DNA from: Octopus vulgaris
Taxonomy: Eukaryota
DNA: 64,000 nt
Reading direction: 5' to 3'
NCBI GenBank assembly: GCA_951406725.2
Contig: OX597816.1
Span: forward strand, 72,540,001 to 72,604,000
Made by a program: the position numbers and the translations under genes. The notes under the pieces are model-generated. The model ran no database searches and was not told the DNA's origin. It saw only the letters and a program-made list of their open reading frames with translations. Positions 41,224 to 54,844 of the stretch are shown here, piece by piece (the stretch's first letter is position 1; each line of letters begins with the position of its first letter).

Positions 41224-41628
41224 CAGAGAAGAATACAGTGTACATTCAAACACAAAATAGATACCCAAAGAATAGGATATCTGACTCACTAGACAGAGCA
41301 GTTAAACTCCAAGCCACTAATTGTTGTAATTCCGAAAGTGATTGAAAACTAAAAACTTTTACCTTAATCCTAGACCCTGCAAGGTTTCTGCAGACTTAAA
41401 TACAGATTGAAATAAAATAACTTCAGCCTATATCTGGCGCTGCTTCTTCAGTAGGTTGCCTAGATTGAACACATAGACACGGAGCTATAAGTAATCAGCC
41501 ACGTGTCTATAGGTTCTAATTTTTCGAATCCACCGCGCAAATGCGAAGTGGCTTGGAGTTTAACTGCTCTTTCTAGTAAGTCAGATATCCTATTCTTTTG
41601 TGTTTGAATGTACACTGTATTCTCTCTC
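41224..41628. mobile_element. Inverted-repeat-bounded Penelope-like unit containing a hammerhead
   Basis: Arms 41224-41317 and 41547-41628 are reverse complements, with a 12-bp indel and few mismatches. Confidence 0.7.
41369..41455 (-). ncRNA. Type I hammerhead ribozyme with intact core and GUC site
   Basis: Minus strand reads CCTA-CTGAAGA-A-GCAG[long loop]CTGC-A-GAAA-CCTTGCAGGG-TC-TAGG. Confidence 0.65.
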
Positions 41629-41687
41629 TATATATACATACATACATATATACATAAATGTATATATATATTTATATATACTGCAGC

Positions 41688-41761
<74 letters not shown>

Positions 41762-42171
41762 TAGATAGATCCATATTAGGAGAAATGACGCATGAAACGT
41801 GAACTATGTATCCTGAGTGCTCAACATGTAATAGGTTGTAAGCTGCAGTAGCTCCAGTGAAGGAAGCGTGTATGTCAACGTGTAAATGGCTAAATCAATC
41901 CTGAAGAGAAACGAATATTTAGCATGTAAAACAGAAAACAATGAACTTCAGAGATGATAGTTTAATAATTTTCAACCGCTGATTCATTATGGATATTATT
42001 ATAATTAAATCTATAATTACATAATTAGGATATATAAATAATTAATATAATTTAATTTAAATTGAATTAATTTAAAGCAATGCTTATCTTAAATCCTCAT
42101 GAATACTAGCGGCAACACTAGCCATAAACCATTCTTGGTTTAAATGACTATGATTCAGCCTGTTACTCCGC

Positions 42172-42212
<41 letters not shown>

Positions 42213-42224
42213 GTGTGTGTGTGT

Positions 42225-42430
42225 ATTCTTTTATTATTTTACTTGTTTTAGTCATTTCACTGCGGCCATGCTGGTGCACCGTCTTTAGTCGTGCAAATCG
42301 ACCCAGGACTTATTCTTTGTAAGCCCGGCACTTATTCTATTGGTTATTTTTTGCCAAACCGCTAAGTTACAGTGACGTAAACGCACCACCATCGGTTGTC
42401 ATGCGATGTTGGGGGGACATACACAGGCAT

Positions 42431-42479
<49 letters not shown>

Positions 42480-42595
42480 CGACGAGCTTCTTACAGCATT
42501 GGTCGGCCGGAAGCTATAGTAGAAGACAGTTTCCCAAGGTGTGATGCAGAGGAACTGAACCCGGGTTGGTAAGCGAGCTACTTACCACACAACTA
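42225..42595 (-). mobile_element. SINE family B
   Basis: Tail, internal (CA)n(TA)n and a deleted head. Confidence 0.85.
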
Positions 42596-42676
42596 CACAA
42601 ACACACATATATATACCTTTATATGTATATATATATACATATATATGTGCATATATGTATGCATATGTGTGCATAT

Positions 42677-42725
<49 letters not shown>

Positions 42726-42863
42726 TGTATGTATATCTAGGTTATATTCTGATAACAACGTTGTACTGTACAAGAGTATAGTATAAAGCTCGTCCATCCT
42801 TCATAAAGGATACGATCGAAACCCAAAATTTGAGTTTACGGAAGACAAGAATTATATTTATAT

Positions 42864-42966
42864 ATCACCTGAAGAAACGTAAGTTCTCATAATGCAGGGA
42901 ACCGGTTACACAACCAAATACCTGCGAACCTGGAGAACTACGTTGCACGGAAACAATTGTAGCGAT
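42864..42966 (+). ncRNA. Type I hammerhead motif with a long stem II
   Basis: ATCAC-CTGAAGA-AACGTAAGTTCTC...GAGAACTACGTT-GCACG-GAAA-CAATTG-TA-GCGAT, followed by AATAAA. Confidence 0.6.
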
Positions 42967-43035
42967 TACAAATAAACGTTTCTCTGGACTTCTTCTAGTT
43001 GACTCCAACTTATTCAGTTATATATATATATATAT

Positions 43036-43226
43036 TTTTTTATTACAGCTGTAAAATTATCACAGTACTGTTACTCAGAGTTTGATGTTGCCGTTCCTCG
43101 GACAGTTGTGATACATACTGAATTAAAATCGTGATTGTAGTTCAATATTTATCACAACTGTCCGACGAACGGGAACGTGAAACTCTGAGTAACAGTTCTG
43201 TGAAAATTTTGCAGCTGTAATAAAAA
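43036..43226. repeat. ~77-bp inverted repeat, each arm carrying a hammerhead motif
   Basis: 43036-43113 and 43150-43226 are about 90% reverse complementary. Confidence 0.9.
43156..43197 (+). ncRNA. Compact type I hammerhead (U4C variant)
   Basis: AACTGT-CCGACGA-ACG(GGAA)CGT-GAAA-CTC(T)GAG-TA-ACAGTT: all three stems pair. Confidence 0.7.
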
Positions 43227-43319
43227 GTATATTACCCTAGCTTTGGTATTCGAGTACTATTTTCTCCCTCTTATTTTACACTGATGAGCTTATCTATCTA
43301 TCTAACTATCCATCCATCC

Positions 43320-43507
<188 letters not shown>

Positions 43508-43996
43508 ATATTACTCAAAGAAATTCTAACTTTATTTGATTTTCACGTTTTATTTACAATCTTATAATAATACAATATAATGAAATATTAGAATACTAAA
43601 TGTCGATTCGGACTGAACTAGTACTTTCATACCTTAAACTATGCAATCTTCAGGTTCATATAGCAGTGGTGACAGTTATGTTTTACAATTTACAACTGTA
43701 GTGCAATGGGTAAAATGTGTGCTTTAAATACATTTGTATAGGCTCAAGAATGTTAAGTTTTGCAAACTGTATTCTGACCAATCAGTGTGTGGCTTTACTA
43801 AAATACTTAAGTTGATTGGTGTTTGGTTTAGGCGTGACGGTTGGTTGAAGTACATGTGAATTGTAGGGGATTTTTTCCCTCCGTCTTCCTTTTTTTCTGG
43901 ACTGTCCTCTGTTTCCTGAGTATATCTTACAGTAAACTTATGTTATCAGTTTGCACATCACGAAATAACACTTACAGGATATATATATATATATCC

Positions 43997-44283
43997 CCGT
44001 GACCGACCAGGCTATCAGATGTTGCTACACATCGCTGGTTACAATGCGCTTCGCATTGTTTTAGCTTTCAAATGACGCTAAGCGAGCAGGCCAACAGATG
44101 AAAGAGAAAGAGAAAGTGGTGGTGAAAGAGAACAGCAGGGTTCGCCCCTCCCCCCCTGCCGGAGCCTCGTGGAGCTTTAGGTGTTTTCGCTTAATAAACA
44201 CTCACAACGCCCGGTCTGGGAATCGAAACCGCGATCCTACAACCGCGAGTCTGCTGCCCTAATTACTGGGCCATTGCGCCTCC
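43997..44283 (-). mobile_element. SINE family C, tail type 1
   Basis: Reverse complement of 11761-12063. Confidence 0.85.
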
Positions 44284-44310
44284 ACACACACACCCATACA
44301 CACAGACACA

Positions 44311-44368
<58 letters not shown>

Positions 44369-44423
44369 GCCGTATATATAATATATGGCTACGAATACAA
44401 AAAAATGCTGAAGAGTCAGTTAA

Positions 44424-44584
44424 TTATGTTTTTCTTGAACATATTCTCCTCTCAGATTCACACACATATTGCAACGGTCCTTCATTTTTTCTGAAACCTG
44501 TAAAAGATCTCTGAAGTTTGATCTTCCAAAACAAAGCCATTCGCGTGTACCTCAAAGCCAGGAACTTTCTCAGCACCCACTCAT
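44424..44584 (-). mobile_element. Mariner-derived deletion remnant
   Basis: Minus strand starts TATGAGTGGGTGCTGAGAAAGTTCCTGGC (mariner-like TIR) and reaches RCNMCVNLRGEYVQ, resembling the RW.KCV...GEYVE C-terminus. Confidence 0.6.
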
Positions 44585-44732
44585 ACATACATACATACAT
44601 ACATACATACATACATACATACATACATACATACATACATACACACACACACATACATACATACATACATACATACATACATACATACATACATACATAC
44701 ATACATACATACACACAGAGATACATACATAT

Positions 44733-45039
44733 ACTCTTTTACTCCTTACTCTTTATTTGCTTCAGTCATTTGATGCGGCTATGCTGGAACACCGCCTTTA
44801 GCCAAGCAAATCGACCCCAGATCTTATTCTTTGTAAGCCCAGTACTTATTCTATCGCTCTCTTTTGCCGAACCGCTATGTTACGGGGACTCAAACATACC
44901 AGCATCGGTTGTCAAGCGATGTTGTGGAGGACAAACACAGACACACAAACATATACACATACATACATACATACATAAATATATACATACATACATACAC
45001 ACATACACACATACATACATGCATACATACATACATACA

Positions 45040-45122
<83 letters not shown>

Positions 45123-45270
45123 GACTGGCTTCTTCCGGTTTCCGTCTACCAAATCCACTCACAAAGCTTTGGTCGGTCCGAGGCTATAGAAGAAGACACT
45201 TGCCGAAGGTGTCACGCAGTGGGACTGAACCTAGGATCATGTAGTTGGTAAGCAAGCTACTTACCACACA
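44733..45270 (-). mobile_element. SINE family B, full length with a ~185-bp internal microsatellite
   Basis: Both halves present. Confidence 0.9.
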
Positions 45271-45281
45271 CACAAACAGAT

Positions 45282-45393
<112 letters not shown>

Positions 45394-45632
45394 TCTGATT
45401 TCGGAGCATGAACCTGTTAGTCGATCACATTTTAATATGGTGTATTCTAGATTATATAGCTAGGGCATTTGAATGGATTAACGGGACCTACATTTATTAC
45501 TGGACATTTCAAAGACTGCTTTTCTTCTGAAGATGGGCCTTCGCACCTGAAAAATAAAGGTTTCGTAAACCTCTCGCATTGTCAGAAGCTTTTTATTTTC
45601 CCTCTTTTTATCTTCTTCTACATATATTTTTA

Positions 45633-45813
45633 TATTCTTTTATGCGTTTCGGTCATTTGACTGCGGCCACGCTGGGGTACCGTAATCGACTCCAGAACTT
45701 ATTTTTTGTAAGCGTAGTAATTATTCTATCAGTCAATCTTGCTGAAGCGCTACGTTACGGGAACGTCTGTTGTCAAGCGGTGGTGGTGGGACATATAGAC
45801 ACAAAGACACACG

Positions 45814-45867
<54 letters not shown>

Positions 45868-45986
45868 AAATCCACTCACAAAGATTTGGTCGGCCCGAGT
45901 AGAAGACACTCGCCAAAGGTGCCATGCAGTGGGAACGAACGCGGAACGATATGGTTGGGAAACAAGCTTCTTATCGCACAGCCACT
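45633..45986 (-). mobile_element. SINE family B, diverged
   Basis: Both halves present around (CA)n. Confidence 0.75.
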
Positions 45987-46025
<39 letters not shown>

Positions 46026-46609
46026 GTATATATACATACATACATATGTGTGTGTGTGATTGTTTGTGTGAGTGTGTTTGTATGTGTGTTTGTGTGTGGG
46101 TGGTATGTATGTGTGTATGTGTTTTTGTGTGTGTACACACCTATATCTTATGTAGAGAAGAGACATAATTAGCGAGAGTGCGATACTAAAGAGACCAGGG
46201 GAAATAGTATAATCGACAATTGACGAGACAATTGTGACATTGGCATAGAGATATATCATATCCGCCATTACATTTAGACTTACATATATATGTTGCATGT
46301 ATTATATATAAAGCTATATGTATTTATATATAATATATATATGTGTATGTGTATAGCTACATATATATATGTGTGTGTGTGTGTGTGTATAGCTATATAT
46401 ATATACATTTATATATATATTTTATATATATATAGCTATATATATTTATATATATATATATGATATATATATATATATCATATATATATATATAATATAT
46501 ATAGCTACATATATTTATATATATCATATATATATATAATATATATATATAGCTATATGTATTTATATATCATATATATATATATATTGTAAATATATTA
46601 TACATATTA

Positions 46610-46641
<32 letters not shown>

Positions 46642-47136
46642 TGTGTGAGTGTGTGTTTACAGACATAAACACACATAACTGTACATAATATGCGTGAACA
46701 TTTCAACATTCCGGCATATATCACCAGATAGCAAACATTTATGAATTCGTCACACACGAAATGACCTGGTAACAATTGACGTCTAAACACAAGTCTCTAT
46801 GTCTCGCATGCGACACAGGAAACAGACACCAGTGGCAGACAGAAGAAACCCACAGAGACAGAATGGTCCATACACACATACACACATGTCGACGTACACA
46901 CACACACACACAAAGACACATACACACGTATATGTATAGAGATAAAGAGAAACAAAGATACAATGCGAGTGAGACAGAGACGAAAATCAGATATTCAGGC
47001 AAAGAACGAGGAGTGGTATTCATGGGAAAGAAAGAGAGAGAGAGAGGGGGAGGACTGAGGGGGAGAGATTCAAAGCAGGGGGTGTTCGCATAGTAGAAAT
47101 TAGCAGTTTTACAATAATGATAATAATAATAATTTC

Positions 47137-47237
47137 TACTATATATAGGCAAAACACCTGAGATTTTGTGTGGAGGGGTCTAGTCGATTACATCGACTCC
47201 AGTGTTTCACTGGTACTTAATTTATCGACCTCGAAAG

Positions 47238-47282
<45 letters not shown>

Positions 47283-47530
47283 GTTGTTGTTATTGTTTTA
47301 ACAATAATAATAATGGCTTCAAATTTTGGCATAAGGCCAGCAGATTTGGGGGTGAGGGGCAAGCCGATGACATCGTTCCCAGGGCTCAACTGGTACTTAC
47401 TTTATCGATCCCGACATGACGAAAGGGGAAGACATCCACGGCCGAGATTGAACTCAGGATGTAAAGACGGACGAAATACTACTGAGCATTTTGTCCAACG
47501 TGCTAACGATTCCGCCAGCTGGCTGCCTCA
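47137..47530 (-). mobile_element. SINE family A, two diverged copies
   Basis: CTGGTACTT..TTTATCGA motif twice, with the head at 47470-47528. Confidence 0.7.
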
Positions 47531-47839
47531 ATAGTAATAACAGAAATGATAATGATAGTAGTAGTAGTAGTAGCAGCAGCAGCAGCAGAAGCAGCAGTAG
47601 TAGTAGAAGGACCCACAACTATGAGAACAATAATAATAATAATGATAATAGCAATAATATTATCTCTACAGCACCTACTTCTGCTTATAATGACAACAAC
47701 AACAACAACAATAATAATAATAATAATAATGATAATAATAATAATAATGATAATAATAATAATAATAATAATGATGATGATGATGATGATAATAATAATA
47801 ATAATAATAATAATGATGATGATGATGATGATGATGATG

Positions 47840-47892
<53 letters not shown>

Positions 47893-47908
47893 TATAATAA
47901 TGATGATG

Positions 47909-47975
<67 letters not shown>

Positions 47976-48000
47976 TGATGATGATAATAATAAGAATAAT
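47530..48000. repeat. (AAT)n/(GAT)n/(AAC)n trinucleotide array
   Basis: Directly visible; further (AAT)n at 48497-48609. Confidence 0.95.
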
Positions 48001-48500
48001 ATGGCTGCTCAGTATGTTCGGACCGACGCCAACATTTATCTTTCATATTAATATTTACAATTTACATTTTGTAACGGCTCCGCTCCCCCACCCACCTCTT
48101 AGATCAACAACAAGAACACCAATCTTAGAGACAGCAGCACTAGCAAAAAAAAAAACCAAAAAAATGAATAAATAAAATAAAGATAACAGAAATGAAAAAA
48201 AAAAAACATGTGTATATGAATATATAACATATAAAGAACTGGGAAAAAAACAAAAAAAAAAAATGTGATGTAAAATTCGGCGTTTAATAAGTCGTATCGA
48301 ATTAAATATTTATTTGTAAGCGAGCAGGGAGCGAGTAAATTAAAGATTTTTCATAGAGTTTAATTAAACACATAGCTTGCTGAACTTTTTCCCTTAATAT
48401 AAACGGAGAGGAGACAGCCATGGTCGGGTATTCAAGTTTATAGTGACAGATAAACACCTCAGTAATTATTAATGGCATTCTAATCAAGTCTTGTGATAAT

Positions 48501-48598
<98 letters not shown>

Positions 48599-48763
48599 TA
48601 ATAATAATATGAAATCGAACAATGAAACTGTTAGTTATAAAGTACTAAATTGCCATAATTTGAGAGCTTTCTATGTCGGGGGGGAAAAATATTTATATAT
48701 TTCATGTTTTTATGTATATTATTTTATGTTGTATGTGTGTGTATGTGTGTGTGTGTGTATGTA

Positions 48764-48795
<32 letters not shown>

Positions 48796-48904
48796 CACGT
48801 GTGAGTGTCTGTATGTGTCTTTACATATATCTATACGTAAGTACGTGTGCAATTATGTATGTATTTATGCGGATATATATATATATATATACATATATAT
48901 ATAC

Positions 48905-48967
<63 letters not shown>

Positions 48968-48968
48968 C

Positions 48969-48999
<31 letters not shown>

Positions 49000-49119
49000 C
49001 ACATATATATATATATACATACAATATATATATATACATACATATATATATATACATATATATATATACATATATATATACATATATATATATACATATA
49101 TATATACATATATATATAC

Positions 49120-49177
<58 letters not shown>

Positions 49178-49616
49178 ATGTATATATATGTGTGTGTATA
49201 TATGTATGTGTGCGTATATATATATATATATATATATGTGTGTATGTGTGTGTATATACACACTCACCCACACCGACTCACACATGCGCGCGCGCACACA
49301 CGCAAAAACAACCCACCCCGCGAGTCTGTGCGTATTTGTGTATGAATGTACATAAAAAATGTTATTAACCCGGTCGTTGAAATGTAGTAGAGCTTAATCA
49401 TTCGTTTGAATTAATCAGTAGACCTAGAAATTTTCCTATTAACCATTATTCCCACAAGCTGTTTGATGAAAACAGCTTGAGAATTCGCTGTAATTATACG
49501 GAAAATACTGTTGTAAATAACTATAAACCTTGGGTTTGGAGAAACATAGCACCAAAATGCAACTTTAGTATTACTCTGTATCTTCCTCTTGTTCGTGGCT
49601 CACAAAGTTTTAAATA

Positions 49617-49886
49617 CAGTCATTCCTCGACTATCGCGGATGTACGTTGCAATATCCTTCGCGATAGGTGAAAATCCGTGAAGTAGAAACAGTACTGTAC
49701 TGTATATATATTTTGTATTATCTTTATGATTTGTATATAATAACATAAAATTACATGATTCAAGTCGAAGCTATTGATAGCTGGAGAAAGGCAAGATATT
49801 GTGTCTAAGTACAGACACAGAGGAACCGACGTAAGCTTAAATAATAAACAGCGATAGGTGAACCGTGATATGGCGAGGGATTACTG
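49617..49886. mobile_element. Tigger/pogo-like MITE
   Basis: TA|CAGTCATTCCTCGACTATCGCGG ... CCGTGATATGGCGAGGGATTACTG|TA: imperfect ~24-bp TIRs with a TA TSD. Confidence 0.8.
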
Positions 49887-50485
49887 TATATCGAACCTAA
49901 ACAACAAAATCTTGTGGTAACACAGACACGCTTAGTTTGTACGTCAGCTTAGTCTTACAATATTCAAATTCTGTCGGATAAAAAAGAGAGGAAAAAACCC
50001 CACAAAACCGACCATGGCACAAATAAGCGTATAAAGTATGTAATTACGCTGAGGGGAAGGATAACTGGAGAAGCTAAATGTTTCAGAGAATGCACATCAT
50101 TATGCCAGTATGTTTGGAATCAAAAAGAAAAAATAACATAAAATTACATGATTCAAGTCGAAGCTATTGATAGCTGGAGAAAGGCAAGATATTGTGTCTA
50201 AGTGCAGGCATGAAAACAAGTTATTAATGGTACAAAAGCAGACTACATAGAAACCCAAGTGTAATATGAACTGAAAGCTGCCGAATCAACGTTAGAATAA
50301 ATACATTTACTTATACTGTAAGAGTCCGTTAAACTTATTCATTCAATAGGTGTAGAATGACAATATAGGATATAAGCGACCTTTGCATCCGTTGCGAAAC
50401 CAAAGGTTTTGCGTGTAATCGTCTTGCGAACATGCAAAGAACGGGAAATTCAGAACAGCAACGGGAGTTAAGCGTTAGCTTTAAA

Positions 50486-50535
<50 letters not shown>

Positions 50536-51366
50536 AGTGTACGTATACATACATATATACACACACGCACATATATATGCACACACATAGGTAAATGCTC
50601 ACATACATACACACATACATACATGCATACATACATATATACATGCGTATATGCGTATATGCATACGCACGTACACATAAACATACATACATACATACAT
50701 ACATACACACATACATACATACATAAACACATATATCATGATCTAACTGTTACTCTCTCAGATGCAGTACCAAGTTTTGTCAGTGAACAGGTCGCGGTTT
50801 CAAAACGACGAAATTATTTTGACACAAAGAAGAATTAAATGTTGAAGTGAAAATAACGGTTTTTGTGTGTTCTTGGATGGCTTACAAACATCTTCCACGC
50901 TAGAATTGCTTTTATTTCAGCACACGATCTCAGATCAGGTCACTTGCTATGCAAGTACATCTCCGTAAACATATGTATGTATATATATATATATGTATGT
51001 ATATAATAGATAGATAGACAAGTAGATCGCCATGATTTTATGTATGTATGTATGTATGTATGTGTACGCATATGTACGTGGTATAAGTGTATATGTGCAT
51101 GCGGTGTATGTGTGTGCGAATGTGTGGTCTCACCTGAAGATCGCAACAACATGAAGCTCAAGTCACCAACCAGATAAACATTAAGTTTTAATAAATCCTT
51201 TCACTCTTTCTCTCTCTAAAATCTATCTATGTATATTCATGTGTGTGATTGTGTGTGCGTTTGTGTTATTCGTCGTAAATATTATTTTTTCAAACAAGCT
51301 TTCTTACCATAAGTACTTCCCTCTCTTTGTATCTTTTTTCTCTTTCTTATTCGCTTCGCCCTTTCG

Positions 51367-51398
<32 letters not shown>

Positions 51399-51769
51399 CA
51401 CTTTCTCTCTTTCCCTCCTCTGTCCTTTCTCTCTATCCCTGCATAAAATACACATCTCTATTCACTCCCTATATTTTATCTATATCAGAACAACCTAGTC
51501 GTGTTATAAACACGGGTTATGTATTAACTTTACGGTTTCAAACGAAAACAAGACAAACGACCTCACTTCCGGTTGAATAAAATTACTGCCCTGGCTACTA
51601 ACTCTCTGGAACATTTTTACTTCTTTCTTTATTTGTCTTGTTTCTTTCATTTGCTGTATTTCTCTCTCATTCTCTTTTCTCTCTTTCATTTATTGGGACT
51701 TAGCTTCTTATAATGTCTTATCTTTCTTCCTCTACGTTTTCGTTCATCTTTTATTTTTCTTCCGGTCTC

Positions 51770-52220
51770 ATCTTTAACTTTCTTTCTTGCTGTCTTCTAT
51801 TTCTTTCGTTTTACTTTCTTTCATTCTTTCTTTCTTTCTTTCTTTCTTTTCTTCTTTCTTGCGCTCCGTTTTTCTATTTCTTTCTGTCTTTCTTTCTTCC
51901 TTCATTCCTTCCTTCCTTCCTTCCTTTCTTTCTTTCTCTCTCTCCGTTCTGTCTTCTATTTCTTTCTTTCTTTCTTTCCTTCTGTCTTCTATGTCTTTCT
52001 TTCTTCCTTCCTTCCTTTCTTTCTTTCCGTTCTTCTATTTTTCTTTCCTTCTTTCTTTCTGTCGTCTATGTCTTTCTTTCTTTTTCTTTCTTCTTTCTTT
52101 CTTTATTTCTTGCCTTTCTTTCGTTCTTGCCTTTCCTTCTTTCTTCCTTTTTTCTCTTTCTTTTTTCTTTCTTTCTTTCTTTCTCTCTTTCTTTCTTTCC
52201 TTTTCTTTTTCTATCCCTCT
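51770..52220. repeat. (CTTT)n-rich polypyrimidine tract
   Basis: Directly visible. Confidence 0.9.
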
Positions 52221-53037
52221 GTCTTAGCATTTGCAGACAATAGTAATATTGGCCAAGGAAGTTTACTCAACGCTGCCACCACCACCGCCGCCACCACCAA
52301 CGCCACCACCAACGCCACCACCAACGCCACCACCACCATCATTATTGTTATTGCTATTGTTATTACTCCCCCTCTATCTATGGCTATTGTCTAACAGATC
52401 TTGCACTCCGCGCCCCCCCTCCACACGTCATCTCTAATCGTGCTCTGAACTTCTTTTCTTATGCCATGGCCGAACAATGTTGTTGGCTTAAACCCAATGT
52501 CTGCATTTATGCACCTTTCTTTTTTTGTTTTGTTATATTATGTTGCTGTTGTTGTTGGTGGTGCTGTTGTTTCTGCTTTGCAAGTAAGGCGCACCCAAAA
52601 ACATCCTTCAAGAGCACAACAAACAACCGCCCACCCAATCATCATCATCATCATCATCGTCATTGTCATTGTCATCATCACAACGGGGACTATGGCCACA
52701 TCCACCACCCAAACCACATCGCTAACACAAACATACAAATACACAGCTTCAGACACACACACACTACACACACATATATAAGAAATATTATTTCTAAATC
52801 TCTCAAAGAGAGATATTCAGTAACAGTTCTTTAAAGTAAAGACTATTTGCCAACATAATGTGGCTGTCCTGGGATCGGTCCACAGATGTTTGTACTGGTG
52901 GGAGTGTTGGAGTGCCTGTTCGAAAATATAAGGACACAGATATTGTGTCATGTAGCCAGCTGGAAACGATGTTTCCTAGGGCTAAACAACCGTAACAATC
53001 GTCCCTCTCAGGACAGCCATATTACACACACACACAA

Positions 53038-53076
<39 letters not shown>

Positions 53077-53367
53077 GAGAGAGACAGATAGATAGACAGT
53101 TAGTTTCCGTTTACCCGCTCCCCTCACAAGGCTTTAGTTGACACGAGTCTATAACAGAAGACACTTGCCCAAGATACCATGCGAGTGTACTGTCTTGAAG
53201 GGTTTAGACGAACAAATCACCCCTCGTAGGCATTCTTTTTAAAGTCTGTTATTCCATCGGACTAATATGCGAATCGTTAAGTTACAGAGACGTAAAGAAA
53301 CCAAAACCGGTTTTCAAACGGTGGGAGACAAACATAAAATCAAAGACGGCCACACATATGTACATAG

Positions 53368-53427
<60 letters not shown>

Positions 53428-53730
53428 AATCAAAATGAGGGTGAAAAATTGGATATTAATTTGATAACATCAATTTTAACACCAGTGGTCTAGCATATTA
53501 AAAAAACTGAGATTCAGTAAATAATATTTCATACATAAATATAACAGGGAATTTTGTAACCACTATGTGGAAACCCTTATGCTAGAAGAAGATCCGCTAT
53601 GATCTCAACCACTAAGAATTGTTCTCTAGAAAATTTAGCACACCAGAAACGTAAGCGAGCAAGACAAATGAAAAATAACAAAAATATAGATTAATCATAA
53701 ACAATTATTTCATATATATATATATATACA

Positions 53731-54006
53731 TATGGCTCAGTGAGGTTAGTGCGTCGGGCTCACAATCTTGAGGTAGTGAGTTCGATTCCCGGGCCGGATT
53801 GTGTGTTGTGTTCTTTGGCAAGACACTATTTCACGTGTCTCCAGTTCACCCAGCTGTAGCGAGTGAGTTGCGACGTCACTGGAGCCAAGCTCTATCGACC
53901 TTTGCCTTTCCTTTGGATAACATCAGTGGCGGAGAGTAGGGGAGGCTGATGTTTTTCCATAAACGAACTTGTGCCTCGGAAGGAAACTTCTTAGGTACAA
54001 TCCCAT
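53731..54006 (+). mobile_element. SINE family D
   Basis: Homolog of 36361-36660. Confidence 0.8.
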
Positions 54007-54576
54007 ATATATAAATGGCAGGCTTCCACAACAGCTTCGGCCAACCAAATTGACCCATAAAGCATGGGAGGACCCAAGGATATAATGGAAGTCACTTGAC
54101 GAAGATACTGCGCTGTTGGACTGAATCACGTGGTTGCGAAACGAATTTCTTAACTGCACAACCATGCTTGCGTCTATACACAGTTAAACCAGCGATTATT
54201 GAGTTTGTAGTGTAATATTTAATATATCAATACTGTTGATCTTAGATTTCAGACAGCATTTAAGCATAGTTAATCTCCACATAGCATTCCTAGTTATCTC
54301 ATAACCTTCCAGAAGGCAACTTTCGTCGTGTGAGTGAAAATGTCAAATCTGTGAATTTTACTACAATAAAGCAGACCTACGATTTTTCTTGTCGTATTGG
54401 ATATTGCCTGATTTTCGTTGAATCTATTTCTTTACATGAATAAACAACTACCTCAATAAATGCATAAATGAATAAATAGATAAATGAAGGGATTATTGGA
54501 TCAAAGATTGAAAGGATTATTGCTAACCATATATAAATGCTTCATCCAAAAGTAAATTTTGCATCTTTTTGATTAT

Positions 54577-54677
54577 CCGCCTGAAGAATTTCTAATAGAC
54601 ATCTTATATGCTTCTCTTATATGTTTGTCATAATTTTGTAAGCCACCTCCTATTAACCAATGAAACATCTGTAATGG
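54577..54677 (+). ncRNA. Degenerate type I hammerhead with a long stem II
   Basis: CCGC-CTGAAGA-ATT..TAATAG...CTATTA..AAT-GAAA-CATCTG-TA-ATGG, then AATAAA; stem I is partly mismatched. Confidence 0.45.
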
Positions 54678-54723
54678 TGAATAAAGAAATTTTCCCCAAT
54701 CTCCTTTTTAGATACATACATAC

Positions 54724-54754
<31 letters not shown>

Positions 54755-54777
54755 TGTATGTATACTTAAAATATATA

Positions 54778-54808
54778 GGGTAGCGATTTTTGTTAGAAAT
54801 TTCACTAC

Positions 54809-54844
<36 letters not shown>

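Noticed and set aside
42797-42823. Additional hammerhead (CTTCATAA-AGGAT-ACG-ATC-GAAAC)
   Set aside because: The core is too degenerate and stem I cannot be formed.
45520-45560. CTGAAGA...GAAA hammerhead candidate
   Set aside because: Stem II is poor and there is no valid cleavage triplet or stem I.
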